Origin: the human T2T-CHM13v2.0 reference genome, Homo sapiens
DNA length: 64,000 bases
Reading direction: 5' to 3' (one strand)
NCBI RefSeq assembly: GCF_009914755.1
Contig: NC_060929.1
Shown here: positions 18,242 to 31,385 of the stretch, in pieces
How positions within the stretch are numbered: position 1 is the stretch's first letter
How the letters are laid out: each line of letters begins with the position of its first letter
The notes under the pieces: model-generated
The model's input: only the letters and a program-made list of their open reading frames with translations
The model's database searches: none
What the model was told of the DNA's origin: nothing
Translations under genes and position numbers: made by a program

Positions 18242-18430
18242 ATTCATTCATTCATTCATTCATTCATTCAATAAACATTTATTGAGTACCTATTATTATA
18301 TGCCACAAACAGTTAATCCATAAATAATTAATTGAGACTTCGTTCCTTTCAAAGAGGGACTCAGATGGGGTAAGATGGACACATAATCAAATAATCATAC
18401 TACATGGTGATAACTGCTTATGGTAAGTAA
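18242..18430 (-). mobile_element. L2 3' end with (TTCA)n tail
   Basis: attcattcattc..aataaacatttattgagtacctatta. Confidence 0.75.
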
Positions 18431-18829
18431 TATAGAAGCTCCTCAGAGAACAAAGTATCTAAAGTTTGTCAGATATTTCCAGATGTAATTCTATAACAAA
18501 TCACTCTCTACAGAACTTTTTATGTCCTTTCTGTATGGATATCAAAGATGATGCTTTGGGCTTCCTGACCAGGCCTCTAAAGGGCCATAGCCCACACTGT
18601 GCATGGTGTGCTTTGAAGTCAGGCAGTGTACCACCTACATAGACCATACATGGTGGCCCTGTGCCTAGCACGTGCTGCCTCTCAACTTGCTGAAAGAATG
18701 GATGAATGGATGTTCATGTAGTGGGATGGTTTTTGGGGTAGATAACATGTTACATAGAAGAAGAAAGTGGGGAAGCTGTGGAGGTGAGGCAAGTTTGGGT
18801 CCCATTTCAAAATAAAGTCCTCTACATAA

Positions 18830-20100
18830 TGGCAGAGAGAAGAAACCACATTTATAACAGTAACAAATATTTAGGAATAAAGTTAACAAGAAATATCTAA
18901 AATCCATATGAGGCAAACATTTAGAAATATCTAAAACCCATATGACATAAGCATTAAAACACTCCTCAAGTACACAAACATAGACTTGAAGAAATGAAAA
19001 GTACACCCACTATTCTTCAATAGGAAAACTCATGACATGTACCCTAAATGAATTTATTAATTTAATGCAATCCCAATAAAAATACTAACAAGCTTTGCTA
19101 TGGAGTCAGATAAGTTGATACTAAAGTTTTCATATAAAAACAAGCATGAAAGAATTGCCAAGAAGAAAGAAACAGCACTAAAAAAGATAAGCATGAAGGA
19201 GGACTACTTTTATGAAGCATTAAAACGTATTAGAAAGCTTCTATAATTAAGGCAGTGTGGTACTGTTGCATGAATAGACAGAAAGGCAAGTGAAACAGAA
19301 TAGAAAACCCAGATAGATATCCAAGTTCATACAGAAATTCACTGTATGATAAGAATGGCATCTCAAATCACTGAGTCAAAGATGTACCTGAGTAGCCATT
19401 TGGGGAAAGGAAATTAGATTCCACAATACACCAAAGAATAAACTCCAGATTCCTCAGAGAACTAAATGTAAAATTATAGTAACTTAAATGTCAACAGAAA
19501 ACGGGAGTGAATACCTCTTTAATATTAGGGTGGGAAAGACTTCCTAACTATAACTCAAAATCCAGAGACAATTAAAAGAAAAGTGATAAATTTAACTACA
19601 TAAAATCAAAACCTTTTTTTATAACTTCTGTGATATTCCTGCCAAGACAATCAGGATCTAATCATAAGGAAATATTAGACAAATCTAAACTGAGGAGAAT
19701 TTTACAAAATAACTGCCCTATAATGTTTTAAAGTGCCAAGATTATGAATGTCACTGATAGAACATCTCCTTCCACGCTGGAGGAGATTGAAGGGATGTGA
19801 TAACTAAATGGAACACATGATTCTGAATTAGATCTATTTGCTATAAAGGACATTCTCAGTACAACTGGTAAAACTTAAATGGGTTTGAGGATTAGATAGT
19901 AGTAATATATCAATGTTAGGTTCCTGAATTTGATCCTTGTATTGTGATTTTAAGGGATACTTTCCTTGTTTGTAGGAAAATCACACTAATATTTGGGGAT
20001 GATGGTGCAACAGGTCAACAAGTTACTCTCAAAGGATTCAGGAAAACCAAATTTCTTTGTATTGATTTGCAACTTTTTGTAAGTTTGAGATTGCTTTAAG
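18830..20100 (+). mobile_element. Old L1M: late ORF2 fragment plus L1MC/ME-type 3'UTR
   Basis: aaatatttaggaataaagttaac (KYLGI.L), tttaatgcaatcccaataaaaatac (FNAIPIKI); the 3'UTR-like part ends tgtaagtttgagatt. Confidence 0.75.
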
Positions 20101-20249
20101 CCGTGTGTGTGTGTGTGTGTGCAAACTCTCTTGATAAATGATTGACTTCATGGGAAAAAGTTTAATTACCAAAAGTGACCTCAGAAAAGATTTGAAAATA
20201 TAATCAGGAATTATCAGAGGAGAAATATGGAATGTTGTCAAAAAACAAC

Positions 20250-21090
20250 CCCCAAACCATTATCAAGTCCATATGCTCTCACAATAAAATCCTACTTAGC
20301 TCCTAAAGGATAGTTCCATTGTTACCTAAATTGCCCTAGAACATAGGAAAAGAAGTAAAGCTTCCAAATAATTTTCATAAAATGAGAAAACATTGATATC
20401 GGAACCTAAATATGACAGCAAAAATAAAGAAAGAAAGAAAATGGCAGATTAATCTTTCTTATGATGATATAATCTAAATAAAACATCAACAAACAAAATT
20501 CAGCAGCACTTTAAAAGGATAATAAATTATGACCAAGTGGCATTTTATCTAGAAGTACAGGGATAGTTTAACATCAGAAAAAAACTATTAAAATAATTTA
20601 TCACATTAATAAAACAAAATGTAAAAGTATATGATCATGTTCAAAGATGCTGAAAATGTATTTAATAATATGCAATATCCATTCTTCATAAACAATCCAT
20701 AAACAAGATAGGAATTAGTAGATACATTTTATCATGTTGAAGAAGAACACATCTTCACCTTAAAGGGACATCATGTTACTTTAAAATTGTACCCTGGAAA
20801 CCCTGGAAATGGTCACATAAGCTAATGAGCAAGACAAGGATGCCTACTGCTATTTAACATTCTTCTAGAAGTCCTGGTTAATACAATTAGAAAAGATAAA
20901 GAAGACAAATGAATAAACACTGGAAAAAGGGAAGTAAAAGTACTGTCATTTGTAGGTGATGTGATTCTCTATGTGGAAAACACAAGAGAATCAACTGGAA
21001 AACTATGTAAACACTGAGATAATTCAGTGAAATAGTAGAGTACAAAATTATATAGAAATAAATTTCCCTCATATATGCAGACAATGCTGT
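20250..21090 (+). mobile_element. Old L1M ORF2 (RT region) fragment
   Basis: tatgaccaagtggcatttt (DQV.F), gatgctgaaaatgtattt (DAE..F), acaaggatgccta (QGC), tttgtaggtgatgtgatt (F..D..). Confidence 0.75.
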
Positions 21091-21199
21091 GAACCTCAAC
21101 TACTGGTAGAGGACTCAGCATTTCCAGTAACATCTTTGGGTTTTTTTCTTTATCATATGGATACACATCAGAGATGAGTTATCTAAGCCTATAATCTGA

Positions 21200-21528
21200 C
21201 TTTTCTCTCTGGTAACTGTTAGGATTTTCTCTGTGATCTTAATATTCTCAGTTTCAGTACAATGCTGTCAGATGTGCATTGATTTCACCTACTCTCCTCA
21301 GTAACTGGCATGCTCCCTTCATTTAATACCTCATGTTTCTTTATAGACAAGGTGATTCTCTTGGAGAATCTAAGCCATTTTTTATTTAAATATTGCATCT
21401 CCTCCTTCTCTGGAACTTTAATTAGATATATATAGGACCTGATTTTTCTATCCCCAATGTCCCTTAATATCTCATTCATATTTTCTATTTCTTTATCTTG
21501 CTTTGGAATTCTCATGATTTGCTAGCTC
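21200..21528 (-). mobile_element. Old L1M ORF1 fragment
   Basis: ORF 21285-21515 reads LRDIGDRKIRSYIYLIKVPEKEE, matching the L1 ORF1 motif LRD.WD..KRSNI..IGVPE.EE. Confidence 0.7.
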
Positions 21529-21541
21529 TGTCACTCAATTT

Positions 21542-21838
<297 letters not shown>

Positions 21839-21884
21839 ATGTCACTCAATTTAATACTTTTCTTTTGGTCATATATAGTCTACA

Positions 21885-21980
21885 TAGGGGTTAGAGGAAA
21901 ACTTTTCCTTTGCCCTCTGAAGCTTCCTGAAAATCAAGTGACAAAAGGCAGATATAACAGAAAGGGCACACGAAATTTCC
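21885..21980 (-). mobile_element. Short ERV1 (MER34/MER39-like) LTR end fragment
   Basis: Similar to the 27408-27520 end of the MER34-like LTR (..ctctgaag..tgacaaaaggcagat..aacag). Confidence 0.45.
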
Positions 21981-24327
21981 ATTTTTTTCCTTGAAGCAAA
22001 CTCACCCTTTGTTCATTTTAGTCAGCTTAAAACTAAGGAACACATTTTCTTCAGGGAGATGCAGAAACTGCAGTTCTGATTTCAGCATGGTGTGATTCAA
22101 AACGACTTGTAATACTGTACCTCTGAGAAGTAGAGATTTTAGTGGTGATGGCCCCAAGATAAAGCTGCATTACTCCAGTGTGACATAAGTAGGGGGCTGT
22201 CCAGTGGAAAGAATTATGGGTAATATATTATGGAGTTATTACAAAGACAGCACACAAATCCCAGCTGGCTTGAATAACCTATTTCTGAAGTGTATTTACA
22301 TAATCAAGAAAACTTCCCAAAGGAATTACTGAACATTCAGAATAATTTGCCAATAGTTAGGTTTCAAAACATAAGCCATGGAAGCAAATCATAAGCCATG
22401 GAAATATATTGGACTGAGTCATTTTCCCTCTGCAAGTAATATGGGCTGAATTATGAAATATGCAGCCAGTCTAGCTCCATTTTAAGAGTGATTCTGAAGA
22501 CTGTTATGGGAGATATAGTCAAGCAGACATTACAAAATGTGTAAACAAATAATGTATGAAATTAAACAGGGGACATAACCAGGAAAAACTTACCATATGT
22601 AATAATCAGCATCATTCAGTTTTTAACTAATTGGGTCCCAAAGAGTCAAAACTAAATCAATGCCAAATAACTGAAATTTAACTGGCTGTGTGCAGCGTTG
22701 CTAACATTACTACTAAAGCCAGAAATAGAAGAGTGTCTTCCTTGATTAGGAGGAAAATCACATCTTTAACGTAAGTTCTTATTTCCTCCATCCCAGTAGA
22801 ATTGCTTGGGTTTACTCTCGAGGATAGAGTTTTTTTGAAAACTATAAGTATAAATCTTATTCTTTGGGGTTCTAGCCTTTCTGCCCAAGTGCAGGGTAGC
22901 TCAGAACTAGTCTTTTTCTACTATACAAGGGCTTCCAGCTGGTCTAGAGTGCCTGCAGCCATCTGGGGGTCCTTCCCTTTTGCTTAGTGATCCCCAGTGA
23001 CCCTCTCCCCAGCAGCACCCTTCAGACCCCACCATGTCTCCCTATCCACTTGCATGGACAATAGAAATCCAAAGGAACCAGAGCCCCATCCCCATCTCTT
23101 TTCTTTCTAAAAGCGAACTAAAGCAATGAATTTTATTTTAGGCTTCCTACACACAGCCACAAGATTTATTTTCCACTACCTGGCTTCTACTTCTCAACAA
23201 AAGCAGTTGCGCTAACCATGGTAATCAGTTCTTTCCGCCAGCAATAAAGCACAAATACCACAAGTCTGAGCTTATTTTTTAAAAGAAGCACAATTTAAAA
23301 ATCTTATGAAAGTTGATGCCTGGAGCTGTGGGTATAATGACCTCTCTTTTAGAATCAACATTAGACTCAGATTGTATTTCCAAGTGAAAAGGCTGCTGGG
23401 CCAGAGCAAGTGACCTTTGGATGAGTGACTACTTGTTACCTTGTCAGCCTTGGTGCTGCCTGCCATTAGAAAGAACTACCAAGTAATAAACTATTTACAG
23501 CCTGCACTTATCTATCCCCTAAAGAGCACTTTCTGGGGTGTGGAAAAAGAGGCAATTGATTTTTTTCTATCTGATAGTCATCATCTTATACTTAGGTCAT
23601 CTAACAGCCTAGCACTGCTTATGTTCAATTCTCAGGGTACCTTATATAACAAGGGCAGTTGACTTTTCTTTTTCTTTTTTGACAGATTTTAAAAGCCTAG
23701 TGTTTTTGCAGAACATAAAATAATACCTAGAGTTATAGACAAATTAGGTGCAGAGACAAAGAAGACAGAAGGAGGCTATCCTGTCCTAATGAGTCTCAAT
23801 TGAAAATATCCAAATTCTCTCTCTATGCCCTCCAACCATTTTTATTCTGATCAAGAATTATCTTGAACTCTGAACATTTCTTTTGGAATTTTTAAAACAT
23901 GTAAATTCACGTAATATCCCAAAATTCTGGTTCCTACATCTGAAAAATAAAGTTTTTCTTTACCTCTTAGATTGTTTTGATTTTAAGAAGTAGATAACAT
24001 GTAGCAAGAAACTTCTACTTTTATGGTTAGTTTGTGTGGTGGAACAAGTTTTTAGACAAGGAAGTCATCAGGATACTTTTTAAAAACAAATAAATTGCAT
24101 ATGAATGTTTTCAACAGATATTTTCTGAAGATCTCGTATTCCTCGGTATCCAGACTATCTGGGTGCCAGAGATCACCAGAAACCTAACATGGTCTCGTCT
24201 TCAGGCCTGATAGTGCAACTGAGTACCCTGCTTTTAAAGTTTTACTCTTTTTTTTCTTTTTGTTTACTTAACCACTGGGTGCCCCCTCACATTGTTAGTG
24301 TATCTAATTATCTTAAAACACTACAGG

Positions 24328-24867
24328 TGTTACTGGAAAGAGGTCCTGATCCAGACCCCAAGAGAGGGTTCTTCGATCTCACGCAAGAAAGAATTCCAGG
24401 CGAGTCCATAAAATGAAAGTAAGTTTACTAGGAAAGTAAAGGAATAAAAGAATGGCTACTCCATAGGCAGAGCAGCCTTGAGGGCTGCTGATTGCCCATT
24501 TTTATGGTTATTTCTTGATTATATGTGAAACAAGAGGTGGATTATTCATGCCTCCCCTTTCAGACCATATAGGGTAACTTTCTGACATTGCCATGGCATT
24601 TGTAAACTGTCATTGGCACTGCTGGGAGTGTAGCTGTGAGAACGATCAGAAGTCACTCTTTTTGGTTTTGGTGGGGTTTAGCTGGCTTCTTTACTGCAAC
24701 CTGTTTTATCAGCAAGATCTTTATGACCCATATCTTCTGTTGACTTCCTAACTCATCCTGTGACTTAGAATGCCTAACCTTCTGGGAATGCAGCCCCATA
24801 TGTCTCAGCCTTATTTTACGCAGCCCCTATTTAAGACGGAGGTGCTCTGGTTCAAACACCTCTGACA
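24328..24867 (-). mobile_element. MER41A solo LTR
   Basis: Reverse complement starts TGTCAGAGGTGTTTGAACCAGAGCA; 4-bp TSD cagg (24324-27 / 24868-71); lacks the MER41B GAS-bearing block. Confidence 0.9.
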
Positions 24868-24871
24868 CAGG

Positions 24872-25231
24872 CACCTGTGGAAATCTCCCCCACCAAGGGA
24901 TTGCTTCAAGGCTACAGTTAACTTACAACCCAACCGAGCCTGAGATGATGCCAACCCATTCACCATATGGGGCAATAACTCAAGAAAAGTCATTGGAACA
25001 AATCACGTAGACCTGCACTGCCTCACCCCTACATACCCTCTATGCCAAAACTTTCCCTTCATAAACCCTTGCATTTCACCTGGAAACTTGAAGCGGTTCC
25101 ATTAAGGCAAGAGCCTGGATCATTTTCCCCACTGCTAGCTTTGGTTTATAATAAAGTCACTCTCCTACCATACCTCAACCTTGCTAGTTGGTTTTGTAAG
25201 CTGCGAGTGGTTGAACCTGCATTTGGTAACA
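24872..25231 (+). mobile_element. Old ERVL-type LTR 3' part (MER54/MER74-like)
   Basis: TATA-like cataaa, AATAAA at ~25150, terminal gaacctgcatttggtaaca; family assignment tentative. Confidence 0.5.
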
Positions 25232-25280
25232 ATAGCCTTGCTGGAGAGACAAGATATGTAGACATACAAGCCAAAGAGTC

Positions 25281-26473
25281 TGTATTAGTCATGGACAGAA
25301 CTAGAGGGACAGAACTAATAGTGATATAGGAGTTAAAAAGAAATTAGGCAGATAGTGAGGGTAAAGGAAGTCCTTGGTAAGGTTTCCCTTCTATTAAAAA
25401 GCAGCCCCCAAATCATTTATTTTCTAACAAAAAGCAGCCTGTAAAATTGAGCTGCAAACATAGATGAGGAAGCTGGAAGCTTGCGTGGGTGAATGTCAGC
25501 AGCTGTGACAACAGGAAAAGTCTACTTGGGGCTACAGGCATGTTCAACATGGTGGCTCCATCTTCCCTTTTCCTTATCAACCATGTGTACAGTAAGGAGC
25601 AGACAACATGGTACCAGCCAGGTAAAAATACATTTGCATAATAAAAGATTAGCATGGAGTAGCCAGCTTCTTCACGTACTGTGTAAATGTCACACCTGGT
25701 CCAACCAATCTTTGAGCGCTGTGTAAATCAGACACTGCCTCATCAAGCTAGTCTATTAAACCCCACGCATTTCACCACAGAACCAGAAGACCCACTCAGG
25801 AGCCCCTCTCTCTGCAGGAAAGAGAGCTATTCTCTTTTCTCTTTCCTTTGCCTATTAAACCTCTGCTGTTAACCTCATTCCACATGTGTCCGTGTCCTTG
25901 ATTTCCTTGGCATGAGGCAGCAAACCTCGGGTATTACCCCAGATGAATGACGCCGCTTCAATAGGACATATGTGTATATGAAGGGGACTTTATTAAGGAG
26001 TATTGACTCACACAATCACAAGTTGAAGTCCCACAGTAGGTCTTCTGCAAGCTGAGGAGCAAGGAAGCCAGTTTGAGTCCAAAAACCTCAAAAGTAGGGA
26101 AGCTGACTGTGTAGCCTTCAGTTTGTGGCTGAAGGTCCGACAGCCCCTGGAAAACCCTGGTGTAAATCCAAGAGTCCAAAAGCTGAAGAACTTGGAGTCC
26201 AATGTTTGAGGGCAGGAAGCATCCAGCATGGGAGAAAGATGAAGGCCAGAAGACTCGGCAACTCTGCTCTTTCCAACTTCTTCTGCCTGCTTTATTCTAG
26301 ACACACTGGCAGCTGATTAGATGGTGCCCACCCAGACTGAGAGTAGGTCTGCCTTTGCCAGTCCACTGACTCAAATGTTAATCTCTTTTGGCAACACCCT
26401 CACAGACACACCTAGGAACAATACTTTGCATCCTTCCATCCAATCAAGTCGACACTCAATGTTAACCATCACA
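25281..26473 (-). mobile_element. MLT2A (HERV-L) solo LTR interrupted by MER51
   Basis: tgtattagtca..ctagagggacagaactaatag|..|gacatatg..ttaaccatcaca; 5-bp TSD gagtc (25276-80 / 26474-78). Confidence 0.92.
25322..25960 (+). mobile_element. MER51 solo LTR nested in MLT2A
   Basis: Starts tgatataggagttaaaaagaaattaggcagatag, ends gacgccgcttca; 4-bp TSD atag (25318-21 / 25961-64). Confidence 0.85.
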
Positions 26474-27028
26474 GAGTCCAAGATAGCATATACTCACGTG
26501 GGCCTGGCTATAGGCAGGACAAGACTAACATGGGACCCCATGTGTTGGGGAGGTCACTAAGGGGCCTCCTGGAGGGCTCCTGAGCCAAGGAGCTGAGCCT
26601 TCAATTGCAGTGAGTGTGGCTTACCAGGATTGCAGAAAGAAAGCTCCTTATGCTATGGGATTTACCTTTTGTAGCAGTGAAAGGTAAGTTTAGAGAGGGA
26701 GAGTAGGAGATTACAGAGGAGAATTATGGGCTTGGATTCAAACCTAGATCTTTTGGGAAATGCCTCTCATTTTGTGCCTTTATTGTAGTAGTCTCCATAG
26801 TAGGGTACATGTATGCAAGGATTTGCATAAGATAACTCATTGGGATGTAGAAAGAAAGTAATAAAACTTTTATTTATATTTATTCTGTATTGTATCCTTT
26901 AAACAGTTCTGTTTTAATTTTTTGGATTGTGTGTAACAAATTGGGCTACATGGATATAATTTTAAAGAAATATAAATATTTTGGGGATACGGTATCCAAT
27001 TTTATTTTCTGATAGAAGTGAATGGTCA

Positions 27029-27330
<302 letters not shown>

Positions 27331-27407
27331 AGTGCCTGGGACTATGTTAAGTTTTTTTACGTAACGATGTTATTTCATTTAACCCACACAATCTATGCAG
27401 TAAATAG

Positions 27408-28020
27408 TGTAGAGGCAAAAGGAAATTTTCTCCCTCTGCTTCTGAAGGTTTGATAATTTCTGTCTATAAAACAACTGACAATAGACAGATTAACAGGAGA
27501 CAGGGCATACAAATTTATTAATGTGCACATGTGCATGGGAGCCACACAAAATATGAGACTCAACGAAGGGTCACATGACTGAAGTTTTTACACTGTACAG
27601 AGAGAAATAGAGCCTTGGAGCTCCTGGGTGAAGTGGCCGCAGGTTACAGGGGTTATGGGGAGATGAGGGGAGGAAATACCAAGGTTATCTGTTATACGGA
27701 TGCATTTCCTTGGGGAGCAGCCCTCAGGCTGGCTGGAGTAAAAGTTTCTGTATCTGAACTTTTAAAGTGCCAGACCTTTACAGTCTTTTTCCTGTGCGTT
27801 TTCTTTTCTAAAACCAGATAAGGCAGATAAGGGAGCCTCAGAGAAAGGATGTTTGCATCTGCTGTTTACTTCATGAGTGCAGATTTCCTCTACAGATGCA
27901 AATCTCCCTCACAAAAGGACAGCTTTCAGATCTATTCCTGTGTCTGCAGTCCCTCTGAACAGCCATCTCGAAATATGCCAAAGAAGTGTATTTTGGGGTG
28001 GCCTATTTTGGTTTCCCACA
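27408..28020 (-). mobile_element. MER34-family solo LTR inserted in a MIR (MIR halves ~27335-27407 and 28021-28150)
   Basis: Reverse complement starts tgtgggaaaccaaaataggccaccccaaaatac..tttggcatatttcgag; TSD atag/gtag; the flanks join into a MIR (tcatttaacc..|..cattttacgga..gaaactcag..ccaaggtcac). Confidence 0.8.
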
Positions 28021-29134
28021 GTAGTGTATGTGATCTCATTTTACGGAATTGAAACTCAGACAGGTATAGTAACATGTCCAAGGTCACTCAGACAGTAAAT
28101 GGCAGAATCAAGTTCGAAGCCTGAACTGCCAGCTCCAGAGCCTATAAACTACATTTTCATTCTTTTGGTCTAACAAAGTCCTAATTGTCAGATCTTGCTT
28201 GATATAAGTAGTGTGGACTTTTTTCCCTGTCATTTATGAAGCACAGATGAATGGTTTTCATAATAATAGTTTATGTCATAATAATAGTTTATTCCAAGAA
28301 ATCATGCAGCAGGAATCTTTCAGAATTCTTAAAAGTATTTTTAATAGCTTTGCGTGATGTACCAACACTAGAGTAAAATCAATAAATACTTCTGTTGATT
28401 TGTCCACTTGTCCTCTAGATCCTTAAGACATTTTGTATGCGGTTAAGATACTCCTTTTCCAGAAGAGAGGCTTTATGTATATGTGCCATACCGTTAGTAG
28501 CCAGGAGAGGTCACCATTTATAAAGACTTAAAGGCATGTGGCCCTACCTCTCTTGTAATTATACTTGAAGATAGGGCTATATGGCACAGAAAACTGGGAA
28601 TGGAAAAGCCAAAGGTCAAATTTCATTGCGCAGAATCCTTTATGGGGCACAGCAATTCGTTTCCCTACTTCTCTGGACTGCTCAAGACAACATTCTCTGA
28701 AACTAGTAAAGTCTGGGAGTGGTGGAGGCCACCTGAAGAGTGATGTGACACACTCATTATTGTGGGGGTGTATAGGTATAAGGCACACATCAGTCTCCAC
28801 CACTTTGCATATACATGCAGTTGGGAGTTCCTGAACACTGTAGTACCTAGGCAAAGTGCTTGGTTCCAAGCCAGTCAGAACAGTCTAGTAATGATCAAAC
28901 TATAGAGCCTATTGACCTGAAGACTATAAGACAAAACCTCTTCAATAATGGAACAATTAGAACCCATGTCCTGGGTCACTCAAAGACTAATATTCCTATA
29001 ATGAATATGTCTACCTGAATTATCTTCATATTTTCCATCCAAATCTTGCCATAGTTCAATTTGCTTTATTACAAAGTTTTTTCCCCCTGAAGTTCTAATT
29101 TATTCTTCTTGACAGAAGAATAATTTACTTTCGT

Positions 29135-29449
29135 TTTGTTGTTGTTGTTATTGTTTGTTTTTGTTTTTTTGAGACAGAGTCTCGCCCTGTCGCCCAGGCT
29201 GGAGTGCAATGACGTGATCTCGGCTCACTGCAACCTCTGCCTCTCAGGTTCAAACAATCTCCTACCTCAGCCTCTCAAGTACCTGGGATTACAGGCGCCC
29301 ACCACCATGCCCAGCTAATTTTTTTATTTTTAGTAGAGACGGGGTTTCACCATGTTGGCCAGGGTGGTCTCGAACTCATGACCTCATGATCTGCCCGCCT
29401 CAGCCTCCCAAAGTGCTGGGATTACAGGTGTGAGCCACTGCGCCTGGCC
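29135..29449 (-). mobile_element. AluS (Sc/Sg-like)
   Basis: Full dimer; TSD tacttt(c/t)gtt. Confidence 0.93.
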
Positions 29450-31343
29450 TACTTTTGTTCTTTTTTTTTTTTTTTTTTTAATAATGTCAGAACATCTATT
29501 CCCCTTACTTTTGCTATTTGTTGTCTTGGATCCGTTCTGTTTTTCTCAAGGACCACTTCTGATTCTTCCGTTTTCATAGGATTTTTGTTTCATCTGTATA
29601 ATACCTTTTTTTCCCCTCAATGGTGATGGTTTCCTAATCTGTCTGTGATTTTGTCTGACAGTGTTGATTTCCAAAGAGCTGGCCTGGAGTGCCTTTGCTG
29701 TTTTTCTCATTGGTTCTTTAGCATCATCAGGATGGCTGACCAGGAGCTCTACATCCATGGGGAGTGGGGGCAGACAGGGAGCTGGCCATAACGCAGGAGT
29801 GGCCTCCAAATGTCAGAATGGTAGTGGCTGCACACATGTACTCTAATAACTCTAATTCTCCTCTGACAGTTGACTAAATTCCTAAGAGAAGAGCCCCCTG
29901 ATTTTTTGCCTGGGAATGAAATTCTTGGTATCCTAGAGAGAAGAACCTGGGAGAGGAGCTATTCAGAGGCACAAGGTCCATCACCCCCTCACTCTTTTTG
30001 GTTCCCCTTTCCATCTGACTTTCTCATAGTACCTGCTTCCCCAAGCTTCTGCAGAATATCAGCATTCTGATTTCACATGCACAGCTCAGAGTTGTCTTGT
30101 CTTTGCTTTATTCAATCTGTCAACAGACTTTCTTTCTTTTTCATTTTCTAGAAATGTCTCAGAATCTCTCCTCCACTGATATGATATGGGGTTAATTCTT
30201 TACTATCATTTCACTGAGGTCTAGGGAGAGAGAAGAGATAAGCATTAGTTCTAAATTTGCTATTTGAACCAGAAATCACAATTTGTATCTTGAAGTATAA
30301 AAATGTAGTACTTTTCTACGGAATATAGAATGTAGAACTATCTGAATAAGAGATTTTGAGTATTTCACTAGTCTTCAATGTCCTTTAGATTGGGAAGCTT
30401 TGGCCTGAGGTAGTTTCTTGCACTGAATTGAAGCCGAGAAATGATATTGCATACCTTCACTGACCTAGTTTTTTTGGTGAAGTTTTACATATGGTATTTA
30501 AACTAATGTCTCCTATAAAATGTAAAATACTGACCAAGCGCACAATTGTAAAACACTTGTCAGACCCAGTCTCAGATACAATGGAAAACTTCATAAGAGG
30601 CAAAAAAATAGAAGAAAATGAAGAGGGTAATGAACTCATGAGTCAGCCAGAAGAACTTCCTCTATCAGAAAAATGAACACCACGTCTTCCATAAACATTT
30701 AATTTCCATTTGAACGTCGCTACTGAGTTTACTATAATTACCTCTTTAGGGAAATGGTTCCACTTTATGACTGTAATTAGCTCCAGGAATATTTTTCCAA
30801 TTTTCAGTTTGAGTTTGCCCTCTGCTCTTGCCTTACTATTCTTCAGACCTCTTCAATCTAAAGTCTGTTTTCCTCTCAAGTTAGATTTTTTTTTTAGAGT
30901 TTTTCTACTTGAAATGTTGTTTCTTTAAATAAATCAGATCTCTTGACCTCTTTCTGTAGTTTCCCTCTCATATCAATAGCTTATCTTTGTTTGTTTCTAG
31001 AGTTTAAAGTTCCTCTTAATATTTTATCTCCCAAACTCATTTTTCTTATAATGTATAAGTGAATCTTTTATCCAACTACAAAATAGCACCATCAGAAACC
31101 TCTTGCCTTACTTTTCAAATCAGATTTGGGTGACTCTTTCTTTAATAATGTTTCACACTGTATTCAGTATGCTTATAAGTATGTCTCTTGGGGTAAGTTC
31201 TTAAGGCAATTTTAAGAATCAGGTGATATTCACTTCCTTATTTGAACTCTCTTTGTCCTGTTTAACCCATAAATTCTGCAAGTGTTAAATTATCAACCAA
31301 CAAGACTCACAGCTATTCATGCAGACTTTAAGCCCAATAAGTC

Positions 31344-31385
31344 ATCCATCCATCCATCCATCCATCCATCCATCCATCCATCCAT
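31344..31385. repeat. (CATC)n microsatellite, probably the expanded tail of a minus-strand L2 (to ~31620)
   Basis: About 10 CATC units followed by an L2-like ttcaacaac..cccttgttctcatggagc. Confidence 0.85.

Noticed and set aside
26300-26450. DUX4 sites in MLT2A
   Set aside because: Both candidate 11-mers read CCAT..AATCA and miss the TAAY half-site, so a cleavage-stage promoter cannot be claimed.
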